From assembly GCA_046483795.1 (NCBI GenBank), contig JAWOCM010000053.1, positions 203 through 64,202 of the forward strand: a DNA stretch of 64,000 bases. Direction: 5' to 3'. Origin of the DNA: Desulfuromonadales bacterium. Its GTDB lineage: Bacteria; Desulfobacterota; Desulfuromonadia; Desulfuromonadales; JAWOCM01. A program made the position numbers and the translations under genes. Positions 44,119-53,180 of the stretch are shown one piece after another (the first letter of the stretch is position 1; each line of letters starts with the position of its first letter). Under the pieces are notes generated by a model. The model saw only the letters and a program-made list of their open reading frames with translations, searched no databases and was not told the DNA's origin.

Positions 44119-45597
44119 CTAATGATCGGCGCAGGACGCGCCGAGGCGCGCCTTGAGGACTTCGGACTTGAGGGCGAACCCCTGACTTCCAACCACCTTC
44201 TCGCCAGCCGAGAGACCCGCAAGGACAGGAACAACATCCTCCCTGGCCGCGCCGGGACGGACCCGTCGCATCTCGAACAGGTCCGGCTCTTGCTGGACAT
44301 ACACGTAGGACCCTCCGTCGATGGTCTGGATCGCATCAGACGGGACGGCAAGAACGTGCTCGTCGTCGCCCTGCAGAATTCTCGCATTTCCGAACATCCC
44401 CACCTTGAGACGATGATCCGTATTCTTCACTTCCGCGAGGATCCTGAGGGTTCGGCTTCGCTCGTCGAGAGCCGCGCCGGTCTGAAAAACACTGCCGGTA
44501 AAAACCATGCCGGCCAGCCCGTCGAATCGGACCTGGACAGGAGCATCCGGCCGCACCTGGTAGATGCGGGCCTCGGGCACGGAAATCTCGATCCACAGGG
44601 TATCGAGATCGGAGACGGTAAAAAGGGACCTCCCCGGCTCCACAGTCTCACCGAGGGCCGCCTCCATCTCCACGACCGTCCCTGCGAAGGGAGCCCGAAG
44701 GGGCACTGTCGAATTTTCCGACCCATCGCGCGATACCCGGTCGATGTCGGCCTGGGCGAGACCATGATCCAGAAGCTGTTGGCGATACTGCCTCGAAGCA
44801 CTTTGAGCGGCCCGGAATTCAGCATCGGCCTTCTGGAATTCCCGGCGCGAGCTGATTCCCCGCTTTAGCAGGTCCTTCTCCCGTCGATAGGTCGCTTCGG
44901 CCTGTTCCCGGCGAGCATTGGCTGCGCGATAGCTGGCCTTCAGGGAAGCGATTTCCGGCATCGCAATCTCAGCCAGAACGTCACCCCGGCTCACCCGGGC
45001 GCCGGGCCGAACGTTCACCTCCCGGACGACGCCGGAGGAAAGGGGGGTAATGCGGGCAAGGTGGTTGCGATTGAACTTCACCCTTCCGGGAAATTCGGGG
45101 CCCGCCGCGAGAATGACCTCTTGCGCCTCAACGAGGCCGACTCCAGCCCTGGCCGCCACATCCGGCGAGGCCAGCCGGACCATCATACCCTCACCGGGCA
45201 GCAGATCTGCGAGCATGTCCCCGTGGCAGAGGGCATCCTCTGCTTCGGGGACGTCATGTTCCGGGCAGATGCCGCCTTCACCGGCATGGTCTCCATGATC
45301 GTGCCCCGCATGCTCATCCTCTTCCGCATGCTCATCCTCTTCCGCATGCTCATCCTCTCCCGCATGCTCATCCTCTCCCGCATGCTCATCCTCTCCCGCA
45401 TGCTTATCCTCTCCCGCATGCTTATCCTCTTCCGCATGGTGGGCTTCCGAACTGTTTTCACGCTGGTGATCATGGCCTGCATGCGACGTGTTGGTCGCGG
45501 CCTCCGTCGTGGCGGTCACTTTGTGCAATGTCAGGAGCGAAACCACGACCGCCACCAGGACGACCGTCATTCCACTGAAACGGATTCGCTTATTCAT
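44119..45597 (-). CDS. czcB: Heavy-metal efflux periplasmic adaptor (CzcB/CusB family) with His/acidic repeat N-terminal extension
   Basis: 492 aa with a signal/anchor, then HAEEDKHAGEDKHAGEDEHAGEDEHAGEDEHAEEDEHAEEDEHAGHDHGDH, then an HlyD-type adaptor core. Confidence 0.88.
   Translation of the reverse strand: MNKRIRFSGMTVVLVAVVVSLLTLHKVTATTEAATNTSHAGHDHQRENSSEAHHAEEDKHAGEDKHAGEDEHAGEDEHAGEDEHAEEDEHAEEDEHAGHDHGDHAGEGGICPEHDVPEAEDALCHGDMLADLLPGEGMMVRLASPDVAARAGVGLVEAQEVILAAGPEFPGRVKFNRNHLARITPLSSGVVREVNVRPGARVSRGDVLAEIAMPEIASLKASYRAANARREQAEATYRREKDLLKRGISSRREFQKADAEFRAAQSASRQYRQQLLDHGLAQADIDRVSRDGSENSTVPLRAPFAGTVVEMEAALGETVEPGRSLFTVSDLDTLWIEISVPEARIYQVRPDAPVQVRFDGLAGMVFTGSVFQTGAALDERSRTLRILAEVKNTDHRLKVGMFGNARILQGDDEHVLAVPSDAIQTIDGGSYVYVQQEPDLFEMRRVRPGAAREDVVPVLAGLSAGEKVVGSQGFALKSEVLKARLGASCADH
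45305..45440. repeat. In-frame 18-bp tandem repeat (about 7.5 copies) inside czcB
   Basis: GCATG recurs at 45308, 45326, 45344, 45362, 45380, 45398, 45416 and 45434. There are three unit variants in blocks (..CTCATCCTCTTC x2, ..CTCATCCTCTCC x3, ..CTTATCCTCTCC x2). On the minus strand the units encode HA(G/E)ED(E/K). Confidence 0.9.
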
Positions 45598-46985
45598 GAT
45601 TGACCTCGTTGCTTTTGGGCAGGACCGGGAAAAGTCCCGTCCGCAGATAAATTTTGGCCGAGGAGATGTTCCAGGTCCGCAATCGCTTTATGGTAGGATT
45701 TCAGGGCCTCGATATAACGGCTCTTCGCCTCAAAAAGAGCGTTTTCCGCTTCGAGAACGTCCAGGAATCCGAATTTGCCCGCTCGATATCCGTAAACGAC
45801 GCCGTCAAAAGCTTCGCGACTCGCAGGAAGAATCTCCTCGCGCAACACTGTCACTTCATTTTGTGCCGCATGCAGATCCCGCCAGATCTCTGCCAGCCTT
45901 GCACGCAGCCTGGTTTTTGAAAATTTTGCAGCCTCTTCGGCCTTCATCTTTCGCGAACGCGCCGCAGCGACGGCTCCCTGATTCCGATCGAAGATCGGCA
46001 ATGGGATGGAGACCTCTGCGACCAGGGCATTGTCGCCGCTTTGACGATCGTTTTTGGCGCCCAGGCTGAAGTTCAGGTCGGGGATACCTTCCGCTCGCTC
46101 CAGGGCCACGGAACGATCCGCTTTTCTTGCATCGCTATGGCGGAGTGCAATGCGCGGGCTTTCCTCGAGTCTGGACATCAATTCAGACAAAGCCGGCGCA
46201 GCGGGGGTCTTTTCGAAAGAGTCCTCAAGGGGGGCAAAATCAGCGCTGTCGCTTCCCCAGGAACTGGCCAGAACATGACGGGCCGCCGTTAACTTCTGGC
46301 GGGCATTTTTCTGGCGCAGCCGTGCTTCAAAGAGAAGGCCCCTGATGCGGACCTCTTCTATGGCTGCCGTCTTGCCCGCCTCTATCTGGTCTTTGACCGT
46401 TTGCAGCAATCGCGTTGCCAGTTCGACCTGCTCCTGCTCCAAAGAGAGCCTCTTCCGAGCGGCGAGAACATCTGTGAACCGTGCGGACGCCTCGGACATC
46501 ACTTCTGCACGGACGATTTCGGATTCTCTCGCCGCCACTTCCTTTGCCATGCGGCCGACTTCTTGCCGCCGTGACCTCTTGGCGCCCAGTTCAAAAAGCT
46601 GGCTGATTCGAATCGTCGTTTCTGCGCTGTCAGTGCCGGAGAATTCTCCGCTTCCGGCAAGGTTTTCCATCTCGACGGAAAGTTCGGGGTTGGGGCGAAG
46701 ACCGCTTTGAATCACTTCGAAATGTCGCGCCTCGACATCTCGAGCAGAAACTGACAATCGGGGATTGTGCTTCAAGACACGCGCAAGTACGTCTTTGCGG
46801 GTCAATGCCGGGTATGCCAATGTGGACTTGCGGGTTTCAACGTTTTCAGTTTTCGGTTTCGCATCAAAGGCCCTGCTGATGCCCCGGTCCGAAAAATTCT
46901 TGTCAGAACAACGGGCGGCGGCCGGAAAGACCAGCAGAACAGCGATGAACGCAACTCCGAATGCAACCAGGGCCTTGGGGGACAT
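45594..46985 (-). CDS. czcC: Outer-membrane efflux protein, TolC/CzcC family
   Basis: 463 aa with a signal peptide and two TolC-like repeats. The stop overlaps the czcB start. Confidence 0.88.
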   Translation of the reverse strand: MSPKALVAFGVAFIAVLLVFPAAARCSDKNFSDRGISRAFDAKPKTENVETRKSTLAYPALTRKDVLARVLKHNPRLSVSARDVEARHFEVIQSGLRPNPELSVEMENLAGSGEFSGTDSAETTIRISQLFELGAKRSRRQEVGRMAKEVAARESEIVRAEVMSEASARFTDVLAARKRLSLEQEQVELATRLLQTVKDQIEAGKTAAIEEVRIRGLLFEARLRQKNARQKLTAARHVLASSWGSDSADFAPLEDSFEKTPAAPALSELMSRLEESPRIALRHSDARKADRSVALERAEGIPDLNFSLGAKNDRQSGDNALVAEVSIPLPIFDRNQGAVAAARSRKMKAEEAAKFSKTRLRARLAEIWRDLHAAQNEVTVLREEILPASREAFDGVVYGYRAGKFGFLDVLEAENALFEAKSRYIEALKSYHKAIADLEHLLGQNLSADGTFPGPAQKQRGQS

Positions 46986-47088
46986 GGTTGAACCTCCGAG
47001 CTATTTAGCTTTCAATGATGTAGATGAACGACTCCCCGAGAGCTCGAGAAAATCTCCGGGCACTGGGAACAGTTTCAGGCAGGGAGGA

Positions 47089-47535
47089 TCAAATCAGAAA
47101 GACGACAGTACGCTGCAGAAGAATGGAATGACTTATGTGGGGAGGCGGTTGATGACAGGGGGGTGAAACAAAAACGGAAGCAAATGTGTGAAGGGGAGCG
47201 ACCTGGATAACCGGAGGGGTCCCGATCTGAACCTTAAGTTTCTTGGGAGCGTCGGTACCCCTGGAGGCCACCTCCAGAGTGGCGGGAAGATCTAAACACG
47301 GGCCACAATGGTCCTCCTGCGAGGAAAGGGGTCCGATATGGTCGTCATGAAAATCGGGGCTATGGTGGTCTCCTCCATCGTCCGGGCTGCAGGAGTTGCC
47401 TGCAGCATACTCCAGGGCCGTATGACCGTCCTCGCCGAGACACCAGAAATAGCCTTGTGCTCCGGCTTGTCCGGCCAGGAGAAAGACCAGCAGACTGACA
47501 AGCGCGACAATATGTCGGGACCGGTTTACACTCAT
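47089..47535 (-). CDS. Hypothetical secreted His/Cys-rich protein at the head of the czc operon
   Basis: 148 aa. Signal peptide MSVNRSRHIVALVSLLVFLLAGQAGA, then GYFWCLGEDGHTALE, DGGDHHSPDFHDDH and HCGPCLDLP. It lies 103 nt upstream of czcC on the same strand. I recognise no family. Confidence 0.55.
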   Translation of the reverse strand: MSVNRSRHIVALVSLLVFLLAGQAGAQGYFWCLGEDGHTALEYAAGNSCSPDDGGDHHSPDFHDDHIGPLSSQEDHCGPCLDLPATLEVASRGTDAPKKLKVQIGTPPVIQVAPLHTFASVFVSPPCHQPPPHISHSILLQRTVVFLI

Positions 47536-47599
47536 GACAAAGGATCATAACCGATCAGTTGAAAAAATATCAAGAACCTTCTGGCGAACAAAGGTGGCT

Positions 47600-47651
47600 T
47601 TCAAAAACACAAGCCCCCTGGCCTGCAGATTATCGGCAAGGGGGCTTGTGT
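47600..47651 (-). terminator. Rho-independent terminator after the mucR-like gene
   Basis: A 13-bp stem ACACAAGCCCCCT / AGGGGGCTTGTGT (47607..47619 and 47639..47651). On the minus strand it is followed by TTTTTGA. Confidence 0.7.
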
Positions 47652-47670
47652 ACAGTCAGAAGAAAGCTCT

Positions 47671-48105
47671 CTACTTTTTCTTTTTGCTTCTCTCGGCACG
47701 TGCCTTAGCAAGGCCGGCGCCCAGATCCTTTTCGATGGCCATCTTTCTGCGCGACTCGGAGTAGTCTTTTGCGGCGAGTGGCGTACCGGCGGGGATACCG
47801 AACTGCTTGCGGTATTCGCCCGGTTTCATGTCATGAGTCGATTTCAGATGGCGGGTCAGGGTTGTAAAACCCTTGCCACAAATCATGCAATAGATCTGCT
47901 TCTTCCCGAACGCCTTTCGTTTGGTTACAACAGGCTCGAGTTCCTCTGATGCCTCACTTTCGGTGCCGATTTCTTCCCCCTTTTCGAGAGCAGAAAGAAC
48001 ACTATGTATCTCACCCAGTTCGGCAATCAGATCTTCTTTCGACATGGGGGAACTCGAAGCATGCGCCGCGACGATTTCAGAAGCCATTTCAGTAATTTTG
48101 GACAT
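47671..48105 (-). CDS. MucR/Ros family zinc-finger transcriptional regulator
   Basis: 144 aa from MSKITEMASEIVAAH. C2H2-type CMICGKGFTTLTRHLKSTH and a basic C-terminus. The RBS is AAGGAGA. It is flanked by AT-rich intergenic DNA. Confidence 0.88.
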   Translation of the reverse strand: MSKITEMASEIVAAHASSSPMSKEDLIAELGEIHSVLSALEKGEEIGTESEASEELEPVVTKRKAFGKKQIYCMICGKGFTTLTRHLKSTHDMKPGEYRKQFGIPAGTPLAAKDYSESRRKMAIEKDLGAGLAKARAERSKKKK

Positions 48106-48252
48106 TTTTTTCTCCTTGTTTAGATTCCGTAATGCAATATAAACACAGGAATTGATAATTTCAAGCAATTACAAACAAGGAACAAAGATGACTGTCATAA
48201 TTTATGGAATTTTTCCCTACAGAAACTGCCCGAATCCTTTTCCCATATTTTC

Positions 48253-48290
48253 GAAAAAAAAGGCGCCCCGTCAATAGAAAAAGGGCGCCT
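48253..48290 (-). terminator. Rho-independent terminator after the sfrA-like gene
   Basis: Stem AGGCGCCC / GGGCGCCT (48261..48268 and 48283..48290). On the minus strand it is followed by T8 (A-run 48254..48261). It lies 31 nt after the stop. Confidence 0.75.
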
Positions 48291-48320
48291 TTCATTTATC
48301 TTGTTTTTGGGAAATCCTGA

Positions 48321-50867
48321 TCAGATTTTCTTTATCTCGACCGCAGCCTGATTGTCCGACGCCGCAACGACCTGATTGGGATTGAGCTCCGCAAAATGGT
48401 GGGGAGCGAAAAGCAGGCCGGCCGGGACCTCGTTCGAAATCTTCGCCTTGCCGCGCAATGTTCCAGTGGAGGAGCTGACCTCGATCTCCTCTCCGTCAGC
48501 GATGCCGGCATTTTCAGCATCGACACTGTTGATCGCGACGTATCCCTCCGGAGCGACCTCCCCGGTCGCGGGCGACCTCGTGGTCATGGTGCCGAACTGA
48601 AAGAGGATCTTTCCTGTCAGGAGGGTCAGCTGCTGGTTGCTGGCGCCGTCGTCCTGGGCCGGGATGTAGGTCAACCCCTTGTCGACCGGCGCGTAGAGCT
48701 CTTTCTGACAGGGCTCGCAACGCCCTTCCCCGGGCAAGCAGACTTCAGTGTAGAGAGGCACCAGCTGTTTCATCTCTGCTATGATCCGGTCGGCGTCGAA
48801 ACTTTTATCCAGACGACCGTAAAGATCGGCCAGAATATCCCAATCCTCACGGGCCTTGCCGGCAGGCTCATACGCCTTGCCCAGACAACTGACCCGATGA
48901 TCGAGTGACGTCACGCTGCCGGTCTTTTCCACCGGCGCTGCGCCCGGCAGAACCACATGGGCCTTATGGGTCAGGTCGCTGGAAAAAATATCCTGAACGA
49001 CGAGAAACTCCACTTTGTCCAATGCTTTCAGCCAGCGCCCGCTGTCGGGATAAGAAACCAGCGGGTTGGTCGCCGCCAGATATAAAGCACGAATCTCACC
49101 CTTTTCGATCCCCTCCAGAATGCCGAGGGCATCGCGACCACCCTGGGGCAGCTTCTTTCCCCAGGCCTTTTCGAAGGGTCCGGCGTCCTCGTAATCGCGG
49201 TATCCGGGAAGAGATTCAGGGTAGACCCCCATATCGAGCAATCCCTGAATGTTGCCTTTTTCATCTATCGGAAAGAGTCCGCCGATGTCTCCGTGAAGCG
49301 CGCCGCTGACCAGGGCCAGATTCATAACGGCGGTCGACTTGGCAACCCCGTCGGCGCTGCGGAGCACATCGCCACCGAAAATCACGGCTACCGTCTCGGC
49401 AGCGCCCAGCAATTCGGCCGCTTCCTCGAGATCCGCCCGTTCGATGCCGCTGCGCTCACAAGCCGCTTCGATGTCGATGCCGCCCAGGTGGCTCCTGAGA
49501 TCTTCGGGGTTTGCAACATAGCGATCCAGGAACGCCTCATCGGCCAGTCCCTTGTCCAGAATCAAGCGAGCCAATGCATTGGCCAGCGGGACTTCACTGC
49601 CGGGCCGATAGTTGAGAAAGGCGTTTGCATGGCGCTTCAGCTTGACCTTCCGCATGTTTGCGACGAGCAGGCTGCCGTGTCCGGTGAGGCACGACTTCTC
49701 GATCTGCCAGTCGATGGCGGGTGCCTCTGCAGTCACGTCGGAGCCGAAAACGAGCACGGCATCGGACTTGCCGATGCGGTCCATGCGGTTGCTGGCACCG
49801 CGAAGCCCCAGGGAGGGCTCTGTGGCCTGAAGGGCCTTTAGCGCGCCGAATCGCGCTTCAGAGTCTATATTGTTGCTGCCGAGGGCGGCGCGGAACAGCC
49901 GCTGGAAGAGATAGTTCTCCTCATTGGTCAGCCGCGGCGAACCCAGGCCGGCCACCTGTTCAGGTTTGAGTTCACTGAACTTTTCTGTGATGGCCGTCAT
50001 TGCCTCGTCCCAGGAGGCGGCTTTGAGATCTCCCCCCTCTCGAACCTGCGGATGATCGAGCCGCTCCGGTGAGTTCATGTAGGAATGGCCGAAAAAACCG
50101 CCGATACACAGATTGCCGTCGTTGACCGTTGTCCCTTCCTCGGAGGTCACCCGGTAGACCTCGCGATTCTTTACGTGGAAATCGGCTTCGCAATGGGCGC
50201 TGCAGGTCGTACAGACCGAGGGAAATTTGGTCATCTCCCACGGCCGGGCTCGAAACCTGAAGGGCTTGGAAATCATCGTGCCCGTCGGGCAGACCTGGAC
50301 GCAGTTGCCGCAGAATTCACAGAGATCGAGGTGCTTGTCGATAAAACCCCGTTCACCGCTGTCGTTGACGAAAAGAGCGCTCGAACCGACCACTTCGTGG
50401 CAGACCTTGACGCATTTCTCGCAGAGGATACAGCGGTTGGGAACCTGCCGGATCAGCGGCCACTTGTCGATGGCTTCGGGGTTGACGTCCTCAGCCTCGA
50501 AGTGCTGCCGATCGACGTCGAGATCGTAACAGATGTCCTGCAGCCCGCATTCGCCTCCGGCGTCGCAGACGGGACAGTCGAGCGGATGGTTGACCAGGAG
50601 CAGTTCGACGATCTGTTTGCGGATGACGGCAAGGTTGTCGGACTGGGTCGTGACGACGATTCCATCCTTGACCGGCGTATTGCAGGCAGTCATGGGCCGA
50701 TCGACCCCTTCGACTTCAACAGCACAGATCCGGCATGCACCGGTGGGGGACACCTTCTGCAACCAACACAGGGTCGGAATGGCAATATCGAGTTTTCGGG
50801 CCGCCTCCAGGATCGTCGTCGCCGCAGGCACGCTCACCGTCTTGCCGTCAATCGTCAAGCTGACCAT
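48321..50867 (-). CDS. sfrA: Molybdopterin-oxidoreductase-fold Fe-S subunit, NuoG/formate-dehydrogenase-alpha-like (SfrA-like)
   Basis: 848 aa. N-terminal 2Fe-2S (CRICAVEV), HxxxC and 4Fe-4S motifs (CPVCDAGGEC, CILCEKC, CEFCGNC), then a MopB-type domain. Its pairing with a GltD-like subunit matches the Geobacter SfrBA layout. Confidence 0.8.
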   Translation of the reverse strand: MVSLTIDGKTVSVPAATTILEAARKLDIAIPTLCWLQKVSPTGACRICAVEVEGVDRPMTACNTPVKDGIVVTTQSDNLAVIRKQIVELLLVNHPLDCPVCDAGGECGLQDICYDLDVDRQHFEAEDVNPEAIDKWPLIRQVPNRCILCEKCVKVCHEVVGSSALFVNDSGERGFIDKHLDLCEFCGNCVQVCPTGTMISKPFRFRARPWEMTKFPSVCTTCSAHCEADFHVKNREVYRVTSEEGTTVNDGNLCIGGFFGHSYMNSPERLDHPQVREGGDLKAASWDEAMTAITEKFSELKPEQVAGLGSPRLTNEENYLFQRLFRAALGSNNIDSEARFGALKALQATEPSLGLRGASNRMDRIGKSDAVLVFGSDVTAEAPAIDWQIEKSCLTGHGSLLVANMRKVKLKRHANAFLNYRPGSEVPLANALARLILDKGLADEAFLDRYVANPEDLRSHLGGIDIEAACERSGIERADLEEAAELLGAAETVAVIFGGDVLRSADGVAKSTAVMNLALVSGALHGDIGGLFPIDEKGNIQGLLDMGVYPESLPGYRDYEDAGPFEKAWGKKLPQGGRDALGILEGIEKGEIRALYLAATNPLVSYPDSGRWLKALDKVEFLVVQDIFSSDLTHKAHVVLPGAAPVEKTGSVTSLDHRVSCLGKAYEPAGKAREDWDILADLYGRLDKSFDADRIIAEMKQLVPLYTEVCLPGEGRCEPCQKELYAPVDKGLTYIPAQDDGASNQQLTLLTGKILFQFGTMTTRSPATGEVAPEGYVAINSVDAENAGIADGEEIEVSSSTGTLRGKAKISNEVPAGLLFAPHHFAELNPNQVVAASDNQAAVEIKKI

Positions 50868-50964
50868 ATATTTCTCACCTCAAAAGCTGGCTGAAGGGAA
50901 GAGTTCCGGCTACTCTGGTTCTGAACCGCGCACTTCCGTCCCTCGGCAACAGTATTCGTTCCTT

Positions 50965-53079
50965 TTAAACCGCAAACATGGCCACGCGGTAGCATCTCAG
51001 GCAACGCTCGGCCTCGCGGATCGCCTGCTCGTCATTCAGACCGAGCTCGACCTCGCAATAGTTGCCCGCGCTGGCCCGCTCGGGGCCGTGCAGTTCTTCC
51101 TGATCTTCGCGATCGGCGGAATCGAGCCAGGCAACCTTCTCGTCCTTGTCGTAAACACCCATATGAGTCAGGATGTCGTCGAGAAGATCGTCGTCGGCAA
51201 GATACGATTCACCCTCCTCGAGATATCGCTGTATCACCTTTGCGGCCCGTTTTCCGCTGCCCACGCAGGCCACGACGGTCAGGGGGCCGATCTCGGCATC
51301 TCCCCCGGCGAAGACACCTTCGTGGTCGGTGATCAGGACACGGCTGAGAGGGTTGCCCATTTCGTCCTGAAGATCCCGTCCCTTGGCATTCTTCAAGGGG
51401 ATGGATCGGGTGGCGACGGTATTCCAGCGGGTGATGTCGATCCCCATCTCTTCCGGGATGAAACCGAGGTCGGGATCCTGCCCGATCGCCGGAATGACCG
51501 TATCGCATTCGAGCACGAACTCGCTCCCGGGAACAGGTTGCGGCCGGCGACGTCCCGAGTCGTCGGGTTCGCCCAACTCCATCTTGACGACCTCTACCCC
51601 GATGACCTTGTTGTTTTCAGTCACGATACGGGTCGGATTGACCAGGAAATTGAATTGGACCCCTTCCTCGTCGGCGCCGTCGACCTCCCAGGAGTCGGCC
51701 GGCATCTCCTTGCGGGTTCGGCGATAGACAAGGATCGAATCTTCGGCGCCTTCGCGCAGGGCAACCCGCACGCAGTCTATGGCTGTGTTGCCGCCGCCGA
51801 CGACCACCACCTTCTTGCCCATGCCGGTCGGCAGACCCATGTAGGCTTCGCGGAGAAAATCGATTCCGCCTCTCAGGAACCCTTCATAGCCGGCGTCTTC
51901 GCCCTCGACGCCCATCGGCTTGGAGCGGTGGGCTCCGGGTGCCAAAAAGACCGCGTCGTATTTCTCTTTCAGCTCGGTCAGGGGGATATCCTTGCCGATG
52001 CGTGTATTGTAGATAATCTCCACGCCCAGGGCGCTGATGATATCGATGTCGCGCTGCAGCAGATGACGAGGCATGCGGTAAGCCGGGATGCCTACGGCGA
52101 TCATGCCGCCGCCGTACCCCTCGGGAAGGGCCTCGTAGATGGTGACCGGATAACCTTCGAGAGCCAGGTAGTAGGCCGCCGTCAGTCCGGCGGGACCGGC
52201 GCCCACGACTGCGATGGTCTTGTCCTTGCGCGGTTTGGGCTGTACGGGAAGGTAGCACTCGAAAGTCGGGGCCGAAGGAGCCTGGTCGGCTTCCCCGGGT
52301 GATCCTTCCTTGCGCGACCAGTCGTCGGTCAGCATCGGCGGCGTCTGGTCATGCTTCCATTCGTAGTCCGATGCGGCGCGCTTGAGGAGCATGATGCTGA
52401 TCGATTCGTCGACATTCTTGCGCCGACAGGCCGACTCGCAGGGATGGGGACAGACCCGTCCGCACACGGAGGGCAGGGGCATATTATCCCGAACAGCCGC
52501 CAGCGAATGGCCGAAACGGTATTCCTTGATGGCCTCGATGTAGGCCGGGATGTCGATATGAGCGGGGCACTCGTCCTGGCAGGGAGCGGTCAGCTTGACC
52601 TTGTAGGAAGGAGCCGGACCGGCCGCCTTTCGTTCGCCCCGGATATAGGCCATGTAGTCGTCTCGAAAGTGCTTGACTGTATCGAGCAGGGGCACCGAGG
52701 AGCTCATGCACAATGTACATTTGCAGTTCTGCAGCAGCGCCGAAACGCTCTCGATCGTTCCAATATCCTTTTCGGAGCCCTGACCGGAAACGATTCGCGC
52801 CATGGCATCCTGGACGATCTTGGTCCCCTTTTTGCCCGGCGTGCATTTGGCGCAGCAGTAATCCTCCTGGACGCGCCGGGCGTACTCGGCGGCCATGGCG
52901 ACGACATCAACGGAAGGATCGGAGACGACCAGACCGTCCCATCCCATAAAAGCCCTGATCGCCTTCTCGCCGTCAAAAGCAACCGGCAAGCCCAGATCAA
53001 ATTCCGCCGCCTCTTCACCGGCGCCCTGCCGGTTGTCAACGATATCTTTACCCCAGCTGGAAAAAACAACTTGCGTCAA
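50965..53079 (-). CDS. sfrB: NAD(P)H-binding flavoprotein subunit, GltD-like with NuoF-C-terminal-like N-domain (SfrB-like)
   Basis: About 704 aa. Two dinucleotide folds (VVGAGPAGLTAAYYLA, VVVVGGGNTAIDC) and Fe-S motifs (CQDECPAHIDIP, CGRVCPHPCESAC). The start is inferred as TTG 53079, 5 nt after AGGAGG. The track ATG 53118 lacks an RBS. Confidence 0.8.
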   Translation of the reverse strand: MTQVVFSSWGKDIVDNRQGAGEEAAEFDLGLPVAFDGEKAIRAFMGWDGLVVSDPSVDVVAMAAEYARRVQEDYCCAKCTPGKKGTKIVQDAMARIVSGQGSEKDIGTIESVSALLQNCKCTLCMSSSVPLLDTVKHFRDDYMAYIRGERKAAGPAPSYKVKLTAPCQDECPAHIDIPAYIEAIKEYRFGHSLAAVRDNMPLPSVCGRVCPHPCESACRRKNVDESISIMLLKRAASDYEWKHDQTPPMLTDDWSRKEGSPGEADQAPSAPTFECYLPVQPKPRKDKTIAVVGAGPAGLTAAYYLALEGYPVTIYEALPEGYGGGMIAVGIPAYRMPRHLLQRDIDIISALGVEIIYNTRIGKDIPLTELKEKYDAVFLAPGAHRSKPMGVEGEDAGYEGFLRGGIDFLREAYMGLPTGMGKKVVVVGGGNTAIDCVRVALREGAEDSILVYRRTRKEMPADSWEVDGADEEGVQFNFLVNPTRIVTENNKVIGVEVVKMELGEPDDSGRRRPQPVPGSEFVLECDTVIPAIGQDPDLGFIPEEMGIDITRWNTVATRSIPLKNAKGRDLQDEMGNPLSRVLITDHEGVFAGGDAEIGPLTVVACVGSGKRAAKVIQRYLEEGESYLADDDLLDDILTHMGVYDKDEKVAWLDSADREDQEELHGPERASAGNYCEVELGLNDEQAIREAERCLRCYRVAMFAV

Positions 53080-53180
53080 ATCGACCTCCTGTCGGGGGGG
53101 ACCGCCGCATTGAAGCAACGGCGCGGAACGCTCAATTTAGCATGCACGTTCCGCACTTTACCCGCTTTCGCGTCTGGCAC

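Noticed and set aside
45305-45440. Regularly spaced 18-bp repeats that could be mistaken for a CRISPR-like array.
   Set aside because: The units are contiguous with no spacers, lie in frame inside a CzcB-family gene, and encode a His/acidic peptide repeat. No cas genes are present.
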